From assembly GCA_013239625.1 (NCBI GenBank), contig MU054391.1:9457095-9521094 (forward strand): a DNA stretch of 64,000 nt. Reading direction: 5' to 3'. This DNA comes from Lama guanicoe. Taxonomy: Eukaryota. A program made the translations under genes and the position numbers. Below the pieces are notes generated by a model that did not search any database, was not told where the DNA came from, and was given only the letters and a program-made list of their open reading frames with translations. This document shows positions 49,973-63,775 of this stretch, piece by piece; within the stretch, counting starts at the first letter, position 1; each line of letters starts with the position of its first letter.

Positions 49973-52900
49973 AGATATAATTATTTATAAAGTACTGTAG
50001 CACAGAATGATATTAAATATTCATGGAGTTACCATAAAGTTTCGGCTGTTCTTTTTTTTTAAAATGAAGAAAGATGTAAGGTTTAAAAAAAGATCCCACC
50101 AAAAAGGAGATGACTGAAAAAGACCCACAGGTGGCATGATTGCTGACATTATGTCTCAGCACATGATGATGCCTTGTGGTTAGCTCTGCGGTTTCGGCCA
50201 AGTCCCTCTCTTTGAGTCTCATTTTCCTCATCTTAAAAATGGGCTCCAAAAGCCCCTGACATCTAGGAGGCTGTAGGAGGTGCCTGGAGGTCTGAAGCAG
50301 GGGAGAGGGTCGGAATATGGCGGATCTCTTCTTTCTGAGTTATAATCTGAGGTTTTACAATTTATAGAGAAGGTTTTGTGCTTAAAAAGTTTTTAGAACA
50401 ATTGAATGACAAGTCCCCTAATGATGCCAATATTCAAGTTTCCATAATTAGCTGCCGTGGAAGCGATGACAAGAAGCTTCTCCTTTATATGAAATGCAGA
50501 GTCATGCCATGAAAATGAAGAGATTAGGAAAAAGGGATTCATGTCTTCAATATCATATATATTTCCTTCTTTTCAGAAATTAATAGCTTGTACATTTTTA
50601 GGACGTGAACTGTATCAAAAGGGAAAGAAAGAGAAAAGAAATTATAAATGAGACCTTTGTATGTTTGTTTTTATATCCGTGTGCAAATATTAGATCCCAT
50701 TTTTTAAAATGTGTTTGGTAATAAACTCCTTCGTGTAACACCTTTCTCACATGTACGCAGACTTACTTAAACAGGGTGGCTTTGCCAGGAAACATTTTCT
50801 TCTGAATCCTCACCCAGCATTTCAATTATTAGTCACTTACTTTTCAGAGCATTGAACACCATGTTCAAAATACAAATGTGAAAAATACAGTGACGTACAC
50901 AATCACCCGTTTTGTGTATGCACACTTACATACTCCAGTATGTTGTACAGGATTTCAAATCGTTATTACCCAGCTCTTAAGAAGGCAGGTTTAAATTCTA
51001 TCACCGTAGATGCAAAAGCATTGCCTTCTGTGAGAAGGAAATGGGCCTAAAAATGGACTCGAGCACATGCTTTTTTAACACATGATAAAGAATACACTTT
51101 GCCAGACAATCATTATGTTCTCTGATATACAAGTGTTCATCTAAGATTGTGTCCACATATTAAAATACCTAAATTTATCGAAACTTACAAAGACTATAAG
51201 CTTATCTTGTTCATCACGTCCTATGAGGCTTTAAATATAAATTCTGGTAAGCAAAACTCAAAATGAGTGAACTTAAATATATTTCATAAGAATATAAGAA
51301 GTACAGAGAACTGATTTAAGTGTCCAAATACAGCTACAATATGAAATGACTATAGAACATATTTCAACATCAGGGAAAAACTAACGGTAGGTGGCTTTCA
51401 AATGCTCAGCGTACTTCATAAGGACTTCATAATGTACTTCAGAACATATTACACAAAAAGACTCTAAAATAAATGGTAAAGGGCGATTCTATTAAATGCA
51501 CAGCTTTCAAAATAGAGCTGATAAAGTAACAGAAAAATGTTTATTTTGGAGATATTACTGGACCTTTCTGAGGCCTAATTTCCTCTTCTGTAAGATGAAA
51601 TACACCTTTATATGGTGGTTGTGAATATTAAATAAAAGAATATGAATAAAATAGCTAGCGGGAAGCTGGCACATGGCAGACACACAGCAAATGACAGGAG
51701 GCATTTATATCATCTACATAACATGCTAGTACAAAAAAGTGGGAACCTGGACGTGTGCTATGATTTCTTCTAGTAAGAATTATGTCTATAAATTAAGCAG
51801 GATAGAAAAAGAAACATAGCTCTTTTAGGATAATGGAATCGTGGGTTAACTTTCATCTTCTGAAAATCTCACTTGTGCAATAAATACAGTATTTGAAACG
51901 GCTCTTAAGTATGCCTTCCACAGATCAGTGAAAATAAGCTTCAGAGAAATTACTTATTCCTACACCTTGTTTTATTCTGTCCTTCCCCTCCTGTGAAAAC
52001 AGAAGTAGCAGCGAGCTGGGGGGTGCAAACGTCACCTGTTTTACAGGCATCATATAGCTGGTGCCGGTTCCACGCTGCCGCCACTAACTAAACATCATAG
52101 GACTTTAAAGGACAAAATTCAAATGACTCAAACGGAAGAACACCTCTTTCCCTTTTGTCTCTGACAATGATGTTTCCTTCCTCATTGAATTGGGTGACTT
52201 TCGCCCTTGCTGGAAGTCAATTTGTCAAGCTGCTGCAGCCTCCTTATCAGACACAGAGTCACTGTCCTTGAAAAAGTGGGCTGAGTCACTTATTCTCAGA
52301 TGAGGACAGCTTTAGCTTTAAACTCCTCTGTGGCTGCTCAAAGTGAACGTGCCTATCTTGAGCCGAGGCAGCGCTCCTGAGATCTGCATCTCCCTATGCG
52401 CGCAATGACGGCAGCTTATTTCATCTTTAGGTATTTGTGAATGTGAATAGGTATTAATGCATATGAAAGTACTTCCTGAATAGAAAGAAATTGCCAACGT
52501 GTAGAGGATTATTATTGATAGCAGTGCTATTAATCACCATATTCCTATCTTCCATGTGAGCTTATGTGCTGCTAGGCTGGTTCTAAAAGGCTGGATGATG
52601 ACACCTGATTTAAAGTTACCCTGGAACTGTGCAATTCCTTTCAGGGATACAGTAAAGTCAGACTGTGCTATCTCCGTACACAGGGCTTCAAAATACAAAA
52701 CCAACCAACCAACCAAAATCCCTACTTCAGTAGATGTATAGAAATACAAAAAGGTGACAGGAATGGTCTCTAGTCGTCCTGTCTGTTACAGCTACTCTTT
52801 GATAAGGTTTCAGGTGGCCAACAATACCTGTTGTGGCCACTGGATCCGGTGAAGATCTCTGGTGAAGGGAAGTCAAATTTCTAGAAGACTAAAAAGTCAT

Positions 52901-53613
52901 AAGTTGTTGGACTTAGAAGCTGTCAGACTGCCCCACTGAACTAAGCAGTATTCAGACCAGTGCCTGGCACACAATAGGTACTCAAAACAGTATTATGACC
53001 ATTCATTATGGTAATTATTATTATTAGACAAGAAAACATAAACAGAACATAAATTATGATCCTATCCATTTCCGAGTATTTATAAATTTTATTAAATAGA
53101 AAATGTAAAGTTGTGGAAATAAGATTAAAGTTCAAATATGAAATGTGGGACAGCTAATCTTCTACCAGATTCCCATTTCAATGGCAGAGAACGACAGAAT
53201 AAACACAGCTACCAAGAGAATTTTATAAGCATCACATCTTGCACTGCTTGTAACAGAAGGAGAACGTGTTGTTGAGACAGCCTGAAGGGTCAAACCACCT
53301 TCCCTAGCCCGTGGGGGAGGGATGCCTACCTGCCCCGGGAAGGGTGTTCTGATAAGAAAGAGCACCTGAATTCTCTCCTACCTTTGCCTCTAGGTCCAGT
53401 GATGAGCACAAACTTTTAGCCTCTGCTTCTCTCCTCAGGTGTATTAGGAAAAGGAGCACCTAGCTGTGAACTGCTCAAGAATAAATGGTTCTCAGTCGCC
53501 ACAGAAAGGCTCTCCTAGGGTAGAGCACACACGCCCTTGGGATGGGGAGAATGCGATGAAAGAATTAAGTTCCCAGGGGCTTCCAGATGTTTGGAGTTGT
53601 ACGTGGGGCACAT

Positions 53614-53615
<2 letters not shown>

Positions 53616-53649
<34 letters not shown>
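53616..53649. repeat. (AC)17 microsatellite
   Basis: Direct read. Confidence 0.95.
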
Positions 53650-53654
<5 letters not shown>

Positions 53655-54433
53655 AGGCCAGCAACTGCAGTTAGGAGCCATGTTTTACAGCTTCCTACTT
53701 ATTTTATTGTATCTCTAAAGACAGAAATTACACAATAAAGCATTCTATAATCACTCTCCGTAAGTGCTGTTGTGACTCCAATACATTAATATATGCTTCC
53801 GTGTGGTTAAATATAATATTTAATGAAACACTTTTAAAATGAGACATACGATGGGGGAAAATCCTTTGTGTTAAAATAAGAAGAGGAAAGATTTTGGCTT
53901 ACAATTTATTTTCTAGGACAAATAAGCAGTCATGCCACATGAGCCCCCACAAATACGTGTGTTTACTTTAAGGAGCTGCTATAGAAGCTAATTTTTATTA
54001 AGGCCAGGCTTTGGTTTTTAGTTAAAGTTGATAAAGTATTAATAGACTAATTCATGGAGCCAGAAATGATTTCACTGTGGTAGTTCAGTCTCAGACTGAA
54101 TGCTGACCCTGCCACTTAACAGCTCTGTGACCATGTAAAAATAAGGTAATAATAGCTAACGTATCAGGTTACTTTGAGGATAATATAATATATAACTTAA
54201 TACAGAACAGTATACACACAGACACACACGCCCTTATAGGTGTCTAACCCAGAGTTAACACTGAGCCTGTACACTGTCTGCCAGTAATGGTAGTTCATTA
54301 TTCTGCATTTCTGCCACATTTTAGCACTGAGATACTGCAGAGATTTCTTAACTACTCTACTTCCTCATGTGCTGAATGGAATGATAAGATCATATCCGCC
54401 AAAGAGTTATGATAAGGTTAAAATGATATAATA

Positions 54434-54614
54434 GGGGGGAGGATATAGCTCAAAAACTAGAGCACATGCTTAGCATGCATGAGGTCCTGGGTTCAATCCC
54501 CAGTACCTCCTCCAACAAATAAATAAACCCAACTTATCTCCTCCCTTGCCAAAAGAAAACAGTTAAATAATACAGTTAAAAAACACACCAAAAAAATAAA
54601 TAAATCTTCACTTT
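54434..54614 (+). mobile_element. tRNA-Ala-derived SINE (camelid vic-1 type) with 14-bp TSD
   Basis: Head ggggggaggatatagctcaaaaactagagcacatgcttagcatgcatgaggtcctgggttcaatccccagtacctcc resembles tRNA-Ala(AGC), with B box GGTTCAATCC. A-rich tail. TSD aaaatgatataata at 54420-54433 and 54615-54628, preceded by TT (L1 endonuclease site TT/AAAA). Confidence 0.88.
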
Positions 54615-55019
54615 AAAATGATATAATATACATACAAAGTCTAATGGTCAGTTCATAGAGGGCCCTAAAAAACTTGAAAACAGTACATGAGACATCTTCT
54701 CAGCTTAAGTGAAAACAGATTTCTGCTGTAATATTCAGAGGTTTTATTTTTAATCTATTTTCTATTCCAGGTAGAAGTTGCCCAGAGGCATTTTTGCATA
54801 GCAGAAGAAAACGGTGGCCACTGAGTCCTGTGGCCTTCTATATATCCTATATACAGGGTACCTACACAGCCTCGAAAATAAAAATAAGAATAAAACTATA
54901 ATAAAACCCATACATTCAGCACAATCACAGGCCCAGAATGTCTGAGCTTCAAAATATCATAAATGAAAAATAAAAAAAAAATCATGATCTCTCACATTCC
55001 ATGTAAATGTTTCACATAT

Positions 55020-55128
55020 TCAAAAGGTAGATCTATAATTGAAATAAACAGTAACAGAGAAAACCATACAAAGAGAAATAAGATGAATTTACCTGTACTA
55101 TAAGTGAATAGCTAATCACACTGAAGGT

Positions 55129-55168
<40 letters not shown>

Positions 55169-56562
55169 TTGTGGTGTAACCTTGAAAATAATTATTTTTG
55201 TGTGCTATTACTCTAAGGCTAAAAGAAAGAGCTCTACACAAATACTCTAGCTAGGAAGTAGGCTGGAATTTTAAATGTACTCTAGGATTAAGCAAATAAA
55301 TAAATATATTGTGGATAATGAGTCAAGTTTCTCACTGACATAGAAAAGAGTTTACAAACAAAGAGAAGACTAGAGCGAACTCTGCGGAAATGGATGGAAC
55401 TGGAGGTAGCAATACAAACTCATGGTTTTTTAAATGATCACAGACAGATACAAACGCGGATGTGGACGTATGAGGGCTCTGTCCCCTTAAGAGGATCATG
55501 AAGCTCTGACACCACAGTATCAATGAGCAGACCCAGCCCTTAAGCCTTGGCTTCTAAATACCATTCTTTACTAAAAAATCCAGGCTCCTTGAAGTCAGTG
55601 ACTGAATCCAGAGCCAGGCAAGGAAAGTGCAGGAGGAGTCTAGAACATCTGTGGTTCAAAACCTGATGGGAGGGCGCAAGTCAAAGGATGCAGGAGAAAA
55701 CTGGAAAGGAGCTCCCAATGGCCAAATCTGAGATAATTTGTGTAAAAAAACTAAAATGATGATAGTTACAGATTGTAACCACAGACAATCACTGAGCTTG
55801 TGGTGATATAAATAAATAAGTGAATAAATACATATAAAGGGAGGAGAACAAACGATAGAAAAATACCACTTGGTAAACACCACAGTGGTAATTATCTCAG
55901 GCGATAATCACCAATGCATGCTCAAATTAGCAGGTGAAAGTGTGAGGAGAAACTGTTCACAACAACCTCAAAGTACCTCACCACAGATATTTATTAATCC
56001 CAAAGAGGAAAGTAATAATTTGGTGGAGAAGAAACACGGTTGACACCACCTCAATCAAGTGGTCAAAGCGAACATTACCAGTAAAGGAACACATCAAAAC
56101 TGTGCATCTCCTGAGATAACACACTTCAGGAGACATGCCGTCACTTCCATGGCATCCTCTCCAAAAACGCACAAATTGAACACGTGAACAAAAATCGGAC
56201 AAAGTCAAATTTAGTGACATTTTATAAAATAATTGGTGCTTTTTTAAAAAAAAAGTCAAGGTCGAAAAGGAAAATGAAAAGGAATAAGGAACTATATCAG
56301 ATTCAAGGACTTTAAAGAGACAGGGTGTTAATGCAGTGTGTGACCTGGACTGGACATGGACCAGAAGAAAAATCACTGGGACAACTGACAAAATCCAAAT
56401 TATGTATAAATTAGAAAATGGTACTGCATCGATGTTAGCTGTGGTTATCTGAGATGGTAATATTCGCTGAATCTGCATGAAGAGTATACAAAATTCTCTG
56501 TATAACGTACATTTTTTTCTTAAATTAAATCTAAAATTTTCAAAGTGAAAAGTTGAAAAAAA
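55020..56562 (+). mobile_element. Long L1MC-type 3' UTR fragment containing a (TG)18 tract at 55131-55166
   Basis: attaagcaaataaataaatatattgtggataatgag...gaaaggagctcccaatggccaaa...atcaagtggtcaaag...ttttcaaagtgaaaagttgaaaaaaa; subfamily assignment approximate. Confidence 0.8.
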
Positions 56563-56999
56563 ATAAGCAAAGTTACACCCAGCTACTCATATCCCCACCG
56601 CTCTCCAACATGAAACGCCTGGGTTTTTCCCGCCTTTTCTCCCCACTTCTCCTCCGCCTCCTCCCTCGGATCCATCAGAGGCGGGAGCACACACGCAGCA
56701 CGTGGGAGCACGACTGCTGAGGTTGTCAGGCCTCTCAGCGAAGGCGCTCGGATGTAACTGTCCCACTGCCACCAAGGCCAACTGGGACCTGAGCCGACCC
56801 CGGGAGGACGCTGCCCTGCAACGGAGTCAAAGCCATCTCCATCCAGGGACATTCACTAAACTCAAGTTCACTTCCTAGAAGGGGTCTCTGAACTAAGACA
56901 CTTGTACGGTCGTGAAGAAAGTCTGCCTGTGTGAAGGGGATAAACACGGCCTCCCTATCTCACCCCCTCACCAAAAAAAAGTGCCCGTCAGAATTTAAA

Positions 57000-57810
57000 C
57001 ATAGTACATACAGCCCTGGACCTGGGGTCTCTCTCCACAAAGCCAGTTTCTCCTCCAGATTTCCCAGCTAGTTAAGGGGCACCACTTTCTCCCTAGTAAT
57101 TTGCACCCAAATCAGAGGGGGACCACCCCCTCCCACCTCAGCCGTCACCAGGGCACTGGTACCGGCCCCTCCAGCTCTCTTCTCCCCTCTTCACAGCTGG
57201 TATGAAGTTCAGGGCCAAGTTCGGGGACCAGACCTTTGTCCCCTAACTGGTCCCCTGCGCACAGAGGTCAGAGGACTTCTCCTAAAGCCCAGATCTGATC
57301 ACACTGCCCCTCGGGCATCTCTCTCGCTGGTGGCCTCAGCGCTGTCGGGGTAAAGCCCGAGCAGGACACTGGGGGCCCCCATCTGACCTGTGCTTCCCGG
57401 TTTCCTCTCTTCGTGGCTCTTGCCTTCACACCACACACCCAGCTGTGCTGAGCTCGGCTCCAGAATCACCTCAGGGCAGTCTTCCCCGCTGCCCCCCGAC
57501 AGAGCAGCTTCATGCACACCACGTGCAGACCACCCCCCCCCACAGCCCCGGAGCACTCAGGCCCTGACTGCTTCGTTACTAAATCCATTGTTAACCGGAT
57601 TGGAGTCCCCACACTGAGTCCTCTGCCAGGACGGGAGTTACAGCTCTGCAGGTATGACTCCACTTGACCCTCACAATAGTTCTACGTTATTTCCACTTTA
57701 TACACGAGGAAACAGAGGTTGTGTGAGGCTGCAGAGCAGTGAGTGGTGGAACTGGGATTTGAATGCAGGTCTCCGAGGTGAAGAGCCCAAACGCTTTATT
57801 ACCAATTACC
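57000..57810. mobile_element. Degenerate L2 fragment (+, ~57000-57600) followed by a MIR (-, ~57630-57810)
   Basis: cttctcctaaagcccagatctgatcacactgcccct (L2); gaggaaacagaggtt...gtggtggaactgggatttgaatgcagg (MIR). Confidence 0.55.
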
Positions 57811-60712
57811 TTGTCTCTTTTTCTGTCTCCAGAGTGCAGCTCAGTGAATGGTGCCTAATCTATGCTTGAAGAATCTTCGATGGCTATTTCACACTGTGTT
57901 CTGTTCAAACAACAGGTATCAGGCATGGCATCTTTCAGAATGTTTTAAGTAAGCAGCAGTTCACACGCACGATGCTATGTACTGAGGGAGTGACAGATGC
58001 TATAAGATGAAGCCGTGCTTTCTGTTCTCTGAACCAAATGCCTGATTTCTCAGGCCAAATCACGTTCAGTCCATGTAGAGTGACAGCAGGAAGAGAAAAG
58101 GTGAGCACCGCATGCTGCATATCGTCCAATGCTGCCCAAAGGTTGTGCTGGATCTACTCCCCCGGCAAACAGGAGCAAGTGCGGTACAGGGCCAGGAACA
58201 CAGGCTCAGGATCACACAGGGCTGGGGGTGAACTCCAGTTCCATCATTCACAGGCTGGACAATTCACGGGACCTCATCTCCTAGGTCATGTGACCTCATC
58301 TAAAACACAGACTCTGCACGTCTGTTTTAAAGTTTCATGCAGTGATGGGGACTTGGTACATATTCCACCTTCCCCTCTTCCCCCACTGATGCCAGTGACA
58401 AGAGGGTAGATCTTTAAAGGAAGAGGGACCTTCTCAAGGTCTCCAGCTATTTGCAGAACCCAGTAATATGGATGCTCGCTCCATTTTAATCATTGTTAAA
58501 AAAAAAAAGGGCACACGGACCTCTTGCTTATGTCGGGACAAACATGCTTGTGACCTGTATGCTTCCCCATGAGAAGGAACTAGCTGGTCAGGAATGACTG
58601 TCAGCAAAATACAGCAAATTAATATAAAGTAGCATCAATCTAAAAGCACCAGGGCACTCTGTAAGGAAGCATTTCCATTATTCCAGGCAAATGATTCTGC
58701 TTGCATGTAAGCGGGAAGCAGTGTGGTCTAACCATCACTCGTGGCAAGAACATCAGACTGAATGTCAGGAGCCTCGGCCTTGCCATTTTAAAGGTGACCT
58801 TGAACACTTCTTTCAAGATCTAATATTCATTTATTCGACAAATATTTACTGCGTGTCTGTAAGATCCCTGTTCTCACGGAATTTACATTCTAATGGAAAG
58901 AGAAAGTCATCACATAATAGAAAGACAGACACACGGACAGGCAGTGAAGAAGTCAGGAGCGGTAAGTGACTAGAAGAGAATAAAAATGGTCATAAGACAG
59001 GTTACGACTCGGTGGATGCAGTCATTTTGCAAATGGTGACATTTAAGATAAAATCTGAGGACATAACCTCTCCCTTTCTGAACATCCTTTTTTTTTGTCC
59101 TATAAAATGTGACCACTGAACAGGGATGCTTGTGAAAGTGTCTTCCAACTCTAGAAATGCGTGATTTCACGATTATTAGGGATATAGTATCTGTGTAAGG
59201 ACACATTTTAACATCAAATATTGTCCCATATTTGATTAAGAAAACCACTGATGGCAGTGAGTCTTAGCTTTGAAGATGTTTAAGATAACAGTAAATCTTC
59301 TGTAAGGAACTAAACACAGATTTGCACACTTAACTTTTCCTACTGATTTTTTCTAAACTCTGACAAAGAAGTGCATATTTTGCTGATGTTTTGGCAAATG
59401 AGGCCAAACTGGCCTCTGACCAGAAGGGTTCATATGTCCTTCCAAGCTTCAAAGCAGGCAAAAGACATGGATTTGTAATGAGGTTAGAAGTTGTTTTAAA
59501 CTAATTCTTTCTGTTGATCACTTACAATCACAAATGCAGACTGAAATATGACAAGGCAAAAATCAAACTAAGCCACGTGTTCTTTTTTTACATAAAAACA
59601 GAAAGAAAAATTGAGGTGATGGGGTTTGGAATTTTTTAAGGAAACATCAGTATTTTGACCTGTATTTTTCATGCGCCAGTTAACTAGAAAATTACAAAAC
59701 CTGAAAAACTCAGATAAATCGTACGAAGGGAATTATGAATTTTAATTCTGTTAACTAATTATTGGAAAACTAGAAATCACTGTCTCTCTGAGAACCAGCG
59801 AGGTAGCAGGCTCCACTGACTCTGTGTTTAATTTTGCAGGAGCTCGCCGGTTTCCCGGCAACACACTGAGTTGTGGGGCCACTACTTTGGGCACCTCGAG
59901 GATAATTAAATATTAAGTCCCCCTTTGATGTATGCAAAGTCTGCCTAAGAGGATTACCAGTCCCAGTGAAGGCAGCAGTCCCGCATTTTCTGGTAATTGA
60001 ACACTGCAATGTCATTATCTATTCTCATCTTCACTCTGTAAGAATCCGTCTCTATCCTTAGTATTACCATTGAGAATGGAGAAGGTGACAGGGAGAAGTT
60101 AAGAAAACAGGAGCCCGTGTAATCAACCTTTTGAAGTCTTCTAAGTGACTGAGGTATGGAGGGGAACAAGACACTTTACTATGTGTCGAAGAAATGACAG
60201 ACGTGAGCAAACCATCCTCTATCTCAAGTTCAAGGTTCCATTTTACGCACCAAGTAGCCACGGCTCACAGTTTAAGAGACTTCTCTAAGACTGTAAAATA
60301 CCAGTGGAGGGAGGGTGGAGGCACAGGCCTAGGGTCCATCCGCTAGCGCCCTGATCTTTGCTGTTTCCTAGTGAGAGGTAACAGAGCCTTTTAAAAACAC
60401 TGATGGAGACCACCTCAGATTTAAACCATGGGCAGAGTTGCGGAACGTTGCAGAAGTTGTTGCTGTTTCCATTCTGATGCTGCAATTTTTTGGCTTTCAT
60501 TTTCCAAGTAGCAAGCAGATATTTATAGCTGTAAGGCAGAGTTCCCCCACCAAATTCACTTGCCCTCCAAAGTAGATTTGAATAAGCAATGCCAGGCTCG
60601 ACCCAGAATACTTAACTTTCAAAGGAGGAGGAGGAAACACTCAGTGATTTAATTTATTTTTGGAAAAGACTATAGACAAATAACAGAATTAAGTCACTAT
60701 GGTAGTTTTTTT

Positions 60713-61520
60713 GGTTATTGAAGTATAGTTGACTTGCAATATTAGTCTGAGGTATATGACATAGTGACTTGATATTTAATAGACTATAATCCATATAAAA
60801 TTATTATAAAATATTGACTAAATTCCCTGTGCTTTACATTACATCCTTGTAACTTGTTTATTTTATACCTAACAGTCTGTACCTCTTAACCCCCTTCACC
60901 GATCTTGCCCCTCTCCCTCTGGTAACCATTAGTTTGTTCTCTGTATCTGTGAGACCGTTTTTGTTTTTTAATATTCATTTGCTTTATGTTTTAGATTCCA
61001 CATATAAGTGAAAACGTACAGTGTCTTTCCCTGACTTAGTCCACTAAGCATAATACCCTCCAGACCCATCTGTGATGTCACAAGTGGCAACATTTCATTT
61101 TTTATGGCTGAGTAGTATTCAAGAGAGAGAGAGAGAGTGAGTGTGTGCGTGTGTGTGTGTGAGAGAGAGAGACATCTTTTTTATCCATTCATCTGTTGAT
61201 GGACACTTAGGTCGCTTCCATATCTTTGCTATTGTCAATAATGCTGCCACAGCCACTGGGGTGCAGGTATCTTTTTAAATGAGTGTTTTCGTTCTCTTTG
61301 GATATATACCCAGGAGTGGACTTGCTGGATCATATGGTAGACCTATTTGAATTTTTTGAGGAACCTCCATAGTGGCTGCACCAATTTACATTCCTCCCAC
61401 CAGTGTACTAGGGTTCTCTTTTCTTCACATCCTTGCCAGCCACATGTAAAAGAATGAAATTAGAACATCTTTTCACACCATATACAAAAATAAACTCAAA
61501 ATGGATTAAAGACCTTAATG
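60713..61520 (-). mobile_element. 5'-truncated, 5'-inverted L1 insertion flanked by TSDs
   Basis: Minus-strand L1 3' end at 60713-61440 (ttgaagtatagttgac...ttcacatccttgccagc) joins a plus-strand ORF2 piece at 61437-61520 (cagccacatgtaaaagaatgaaattagaac...aaatggattaaagac). TSD tatggtagttttttt (60698-60712) / tatggcagttttctt (61521-61535). A (GA)/(GT) tract lies inside at 61122-61172. Confidence 0.88.
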
Positions 61521-63059
61521 TATGGCAGTTTTCTTATTTCCACTACCAAATACTTTAAGGAAACTCAGATCATTAGCTTCCAAGGACTGGGAAATTGTTT
61601 GTATTCAAGGGGAAAGTAAGAGGAGGTAGAAAATAAAAAAGTGAAGGAGACATGAAATTATTTTTACTAAAGTTAAGAGACACTGTCTGGAGGGATGTTT
61701 GAGGGCCTGAAAAATTCACATCACCAAGGGAAACAGTGATGAAATGAAGAGCAACAAACAGTCCCTGCAGATGAGAGAAAGCAGTTTGTGTTCAGTGACA
61801 CTAAAGTCAAGTCAGTTTAGAAAAGTGCCTGGAAAAGAAATCTTAACAAAAGCTAAGATCTCTTAAATCCTGTTTTTGGTAAAAGTTAAGCTAAGATGAA
61901 ATTAAAATCTTAGAAGTATCCAGAAATCACTGAAATCCTATAAAAGCTGCAAGTTGTTCTTTGAATAACTGGACAATTGAGGAAAATTTATAAGAAGAAA
62001 TAGTGGTTATACTCATATTATTTCTGAACTATTCAGACTCAAATATCAAAGTGTATTTTCTAGTGTTTCAACATGACAGATAAGATGGATATCTTCCCCC
62101 TTTCCTGGTTTCCATGTTGTTTCCTAATGTTTTTGGTACGTTGATCTGACATGACATGAGAAACCAGCCTCATTGCCCTGCCAGGCTCCAGCCATCAAGG
62201 AAGATGAGATTGAGCAAGGCTGAGAACTTGAAAAATGGGAAGTACGTAACTGTAGGAGCATTCATTTGCTTCAGGATGAGGAGAACCTAACATTCCACAC
62301 GGCAAAAACAACATGATCCAACTTAGAGCTTACCTCAGGGACGTTACGTGAACCTCTGTGTTTGCTGAAAACAAGCGTTACCACTAACTGTGCCGAGGAC
62401 CTGGAATATATTACACAGCCCATTGCATTTGTGTTCAGAAACCTCTTAAAAGAACTTGTTAGCGTCTCTTGATGCAATTCAAAGCAAAATGTTGAGAATG
62501 AAGACACTGATAAGGTCAGGATGCTTCAGAGAGAGTATTACTCAGATATTAGTAACTTTCAATACAATCCATTTCAGCAATTTGGCAAGATTAGAGAATC
62601 TCTGATAAGTCCATCTTTTTTGAATCTCAAGTTCTCTAACTCTGAAGAAGAGATAACAGTATTTACCTGTTTCTCTCACACAGGGAAATAAGAACAAATG
62701 GGATAATTCTGACGATGCTCTCAGATGAGTCTCGAGATATTCTTAATATTTGATTCTTCTTTAAAAAGTTCATTGCTCTTTAAATGAAGTAATAAAGATA
62801 TAAATATGTTATAAAACAAAGCTTTAAAATTAGAAGGCACACTGAGTCGGAATCAGACTTCCAGGAAACTCTTCTGCAGATCAGATTACCTGGAAGTCTT
62901 ATTCTCCAACTTTTATTGGCCTATGGTCTACTCCGCAAACAAAAGCACTTGATTGAGGTTCCCAACTCCTAGATCCTATGTCTTCAGGGTGCATCTGTTC
63001 AGAATTTAAGCCAAACTTCAAAAGCCACCATATTTCTTTGATTTAGGAATTAGCATTTC

Positions 63060-63450
63060 CATTTACTCAATCAACAAGCATTTAGGCTCTGAGTGCTTGC
63101 ACAGCATGCTGAGAGGGCTTCAAAAGATGCTACGCACATCCTCCAGGGCGTCTGAGTTTTCACGGTAGTGGGGAGACAAAACTTTTAGTAGTAGCAGTAA
63201 CAACAATAATGGCAATAATAATAGCAACAACAACAACAGTAGTAGTAATAGATAATTAAAGCTCAAATGTGTGGAATTCAAGGTTCATTTAGTTTGAAAT
63301 GGTCAGGGAAGGTTCCAGAGAGGCAGTGGACTAAATGAGCCTTGGAGGATGATGGAGAAACCAAGATCTTGCGTGTCTGCTGCATTATGTCTATCCACGT
63401 ACAGAAGAGAAGGGAGGACATTTGTGTGCCTGGGCAAGGCATGAAAGACA
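63060..63450 (-). mobile_element. L2 fragment with an (AGT/AAC/AAT)n simple repeat at ~63186-63255
   Basis: atttactcaatcaacaagcattta...gtagtggggagaca...gtcagggaaggttccagagaggcagtggactaaatgagccttggaggatga. Confidence 0.6.
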
Positions 63451-63775
63451 CAAATTAGCTAAACTTCACACTGCATTTCCACTCAGATCTGCATTTCTCC
63501 AGGGGAAGGGCGAGCCACCGTGATTAGGTGATACCGTGAAAAATCCTGACTATATGCTACGAAGAGAGAAGGGATACACGCATGTTAGGCGAGTGAGGCA
63601 TCCTCTACTACGTACATTCGAACAGATGGGAAAATAAAAACAAACTCTGTTGCACCTATGTAACTATTACATAGCTGGACTGATGAACACACTGGGCAGT
63701 CTGCATTGCCAAGGTGAATATTCACTTGAAGACAGCTTAAAGTGATAAGAAATGAGCAGCCAGAGGCTCCCTTAC

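Noticed and set aside
54434..54512. Possible tRNA-Ala(AGC) gene
   Set aside because: Altered D-loop/A box, no Pol III T-run terminator directly after it, and an A-rich tail with TSD; it is a SINE.
55978..56478. 166-aa hydrophobic ORF on the minus strand
   Set aside because: Antisense to an A-rich L1 3' UTR; the T-richness produces spurious Phe/Leu-rich ORFs.
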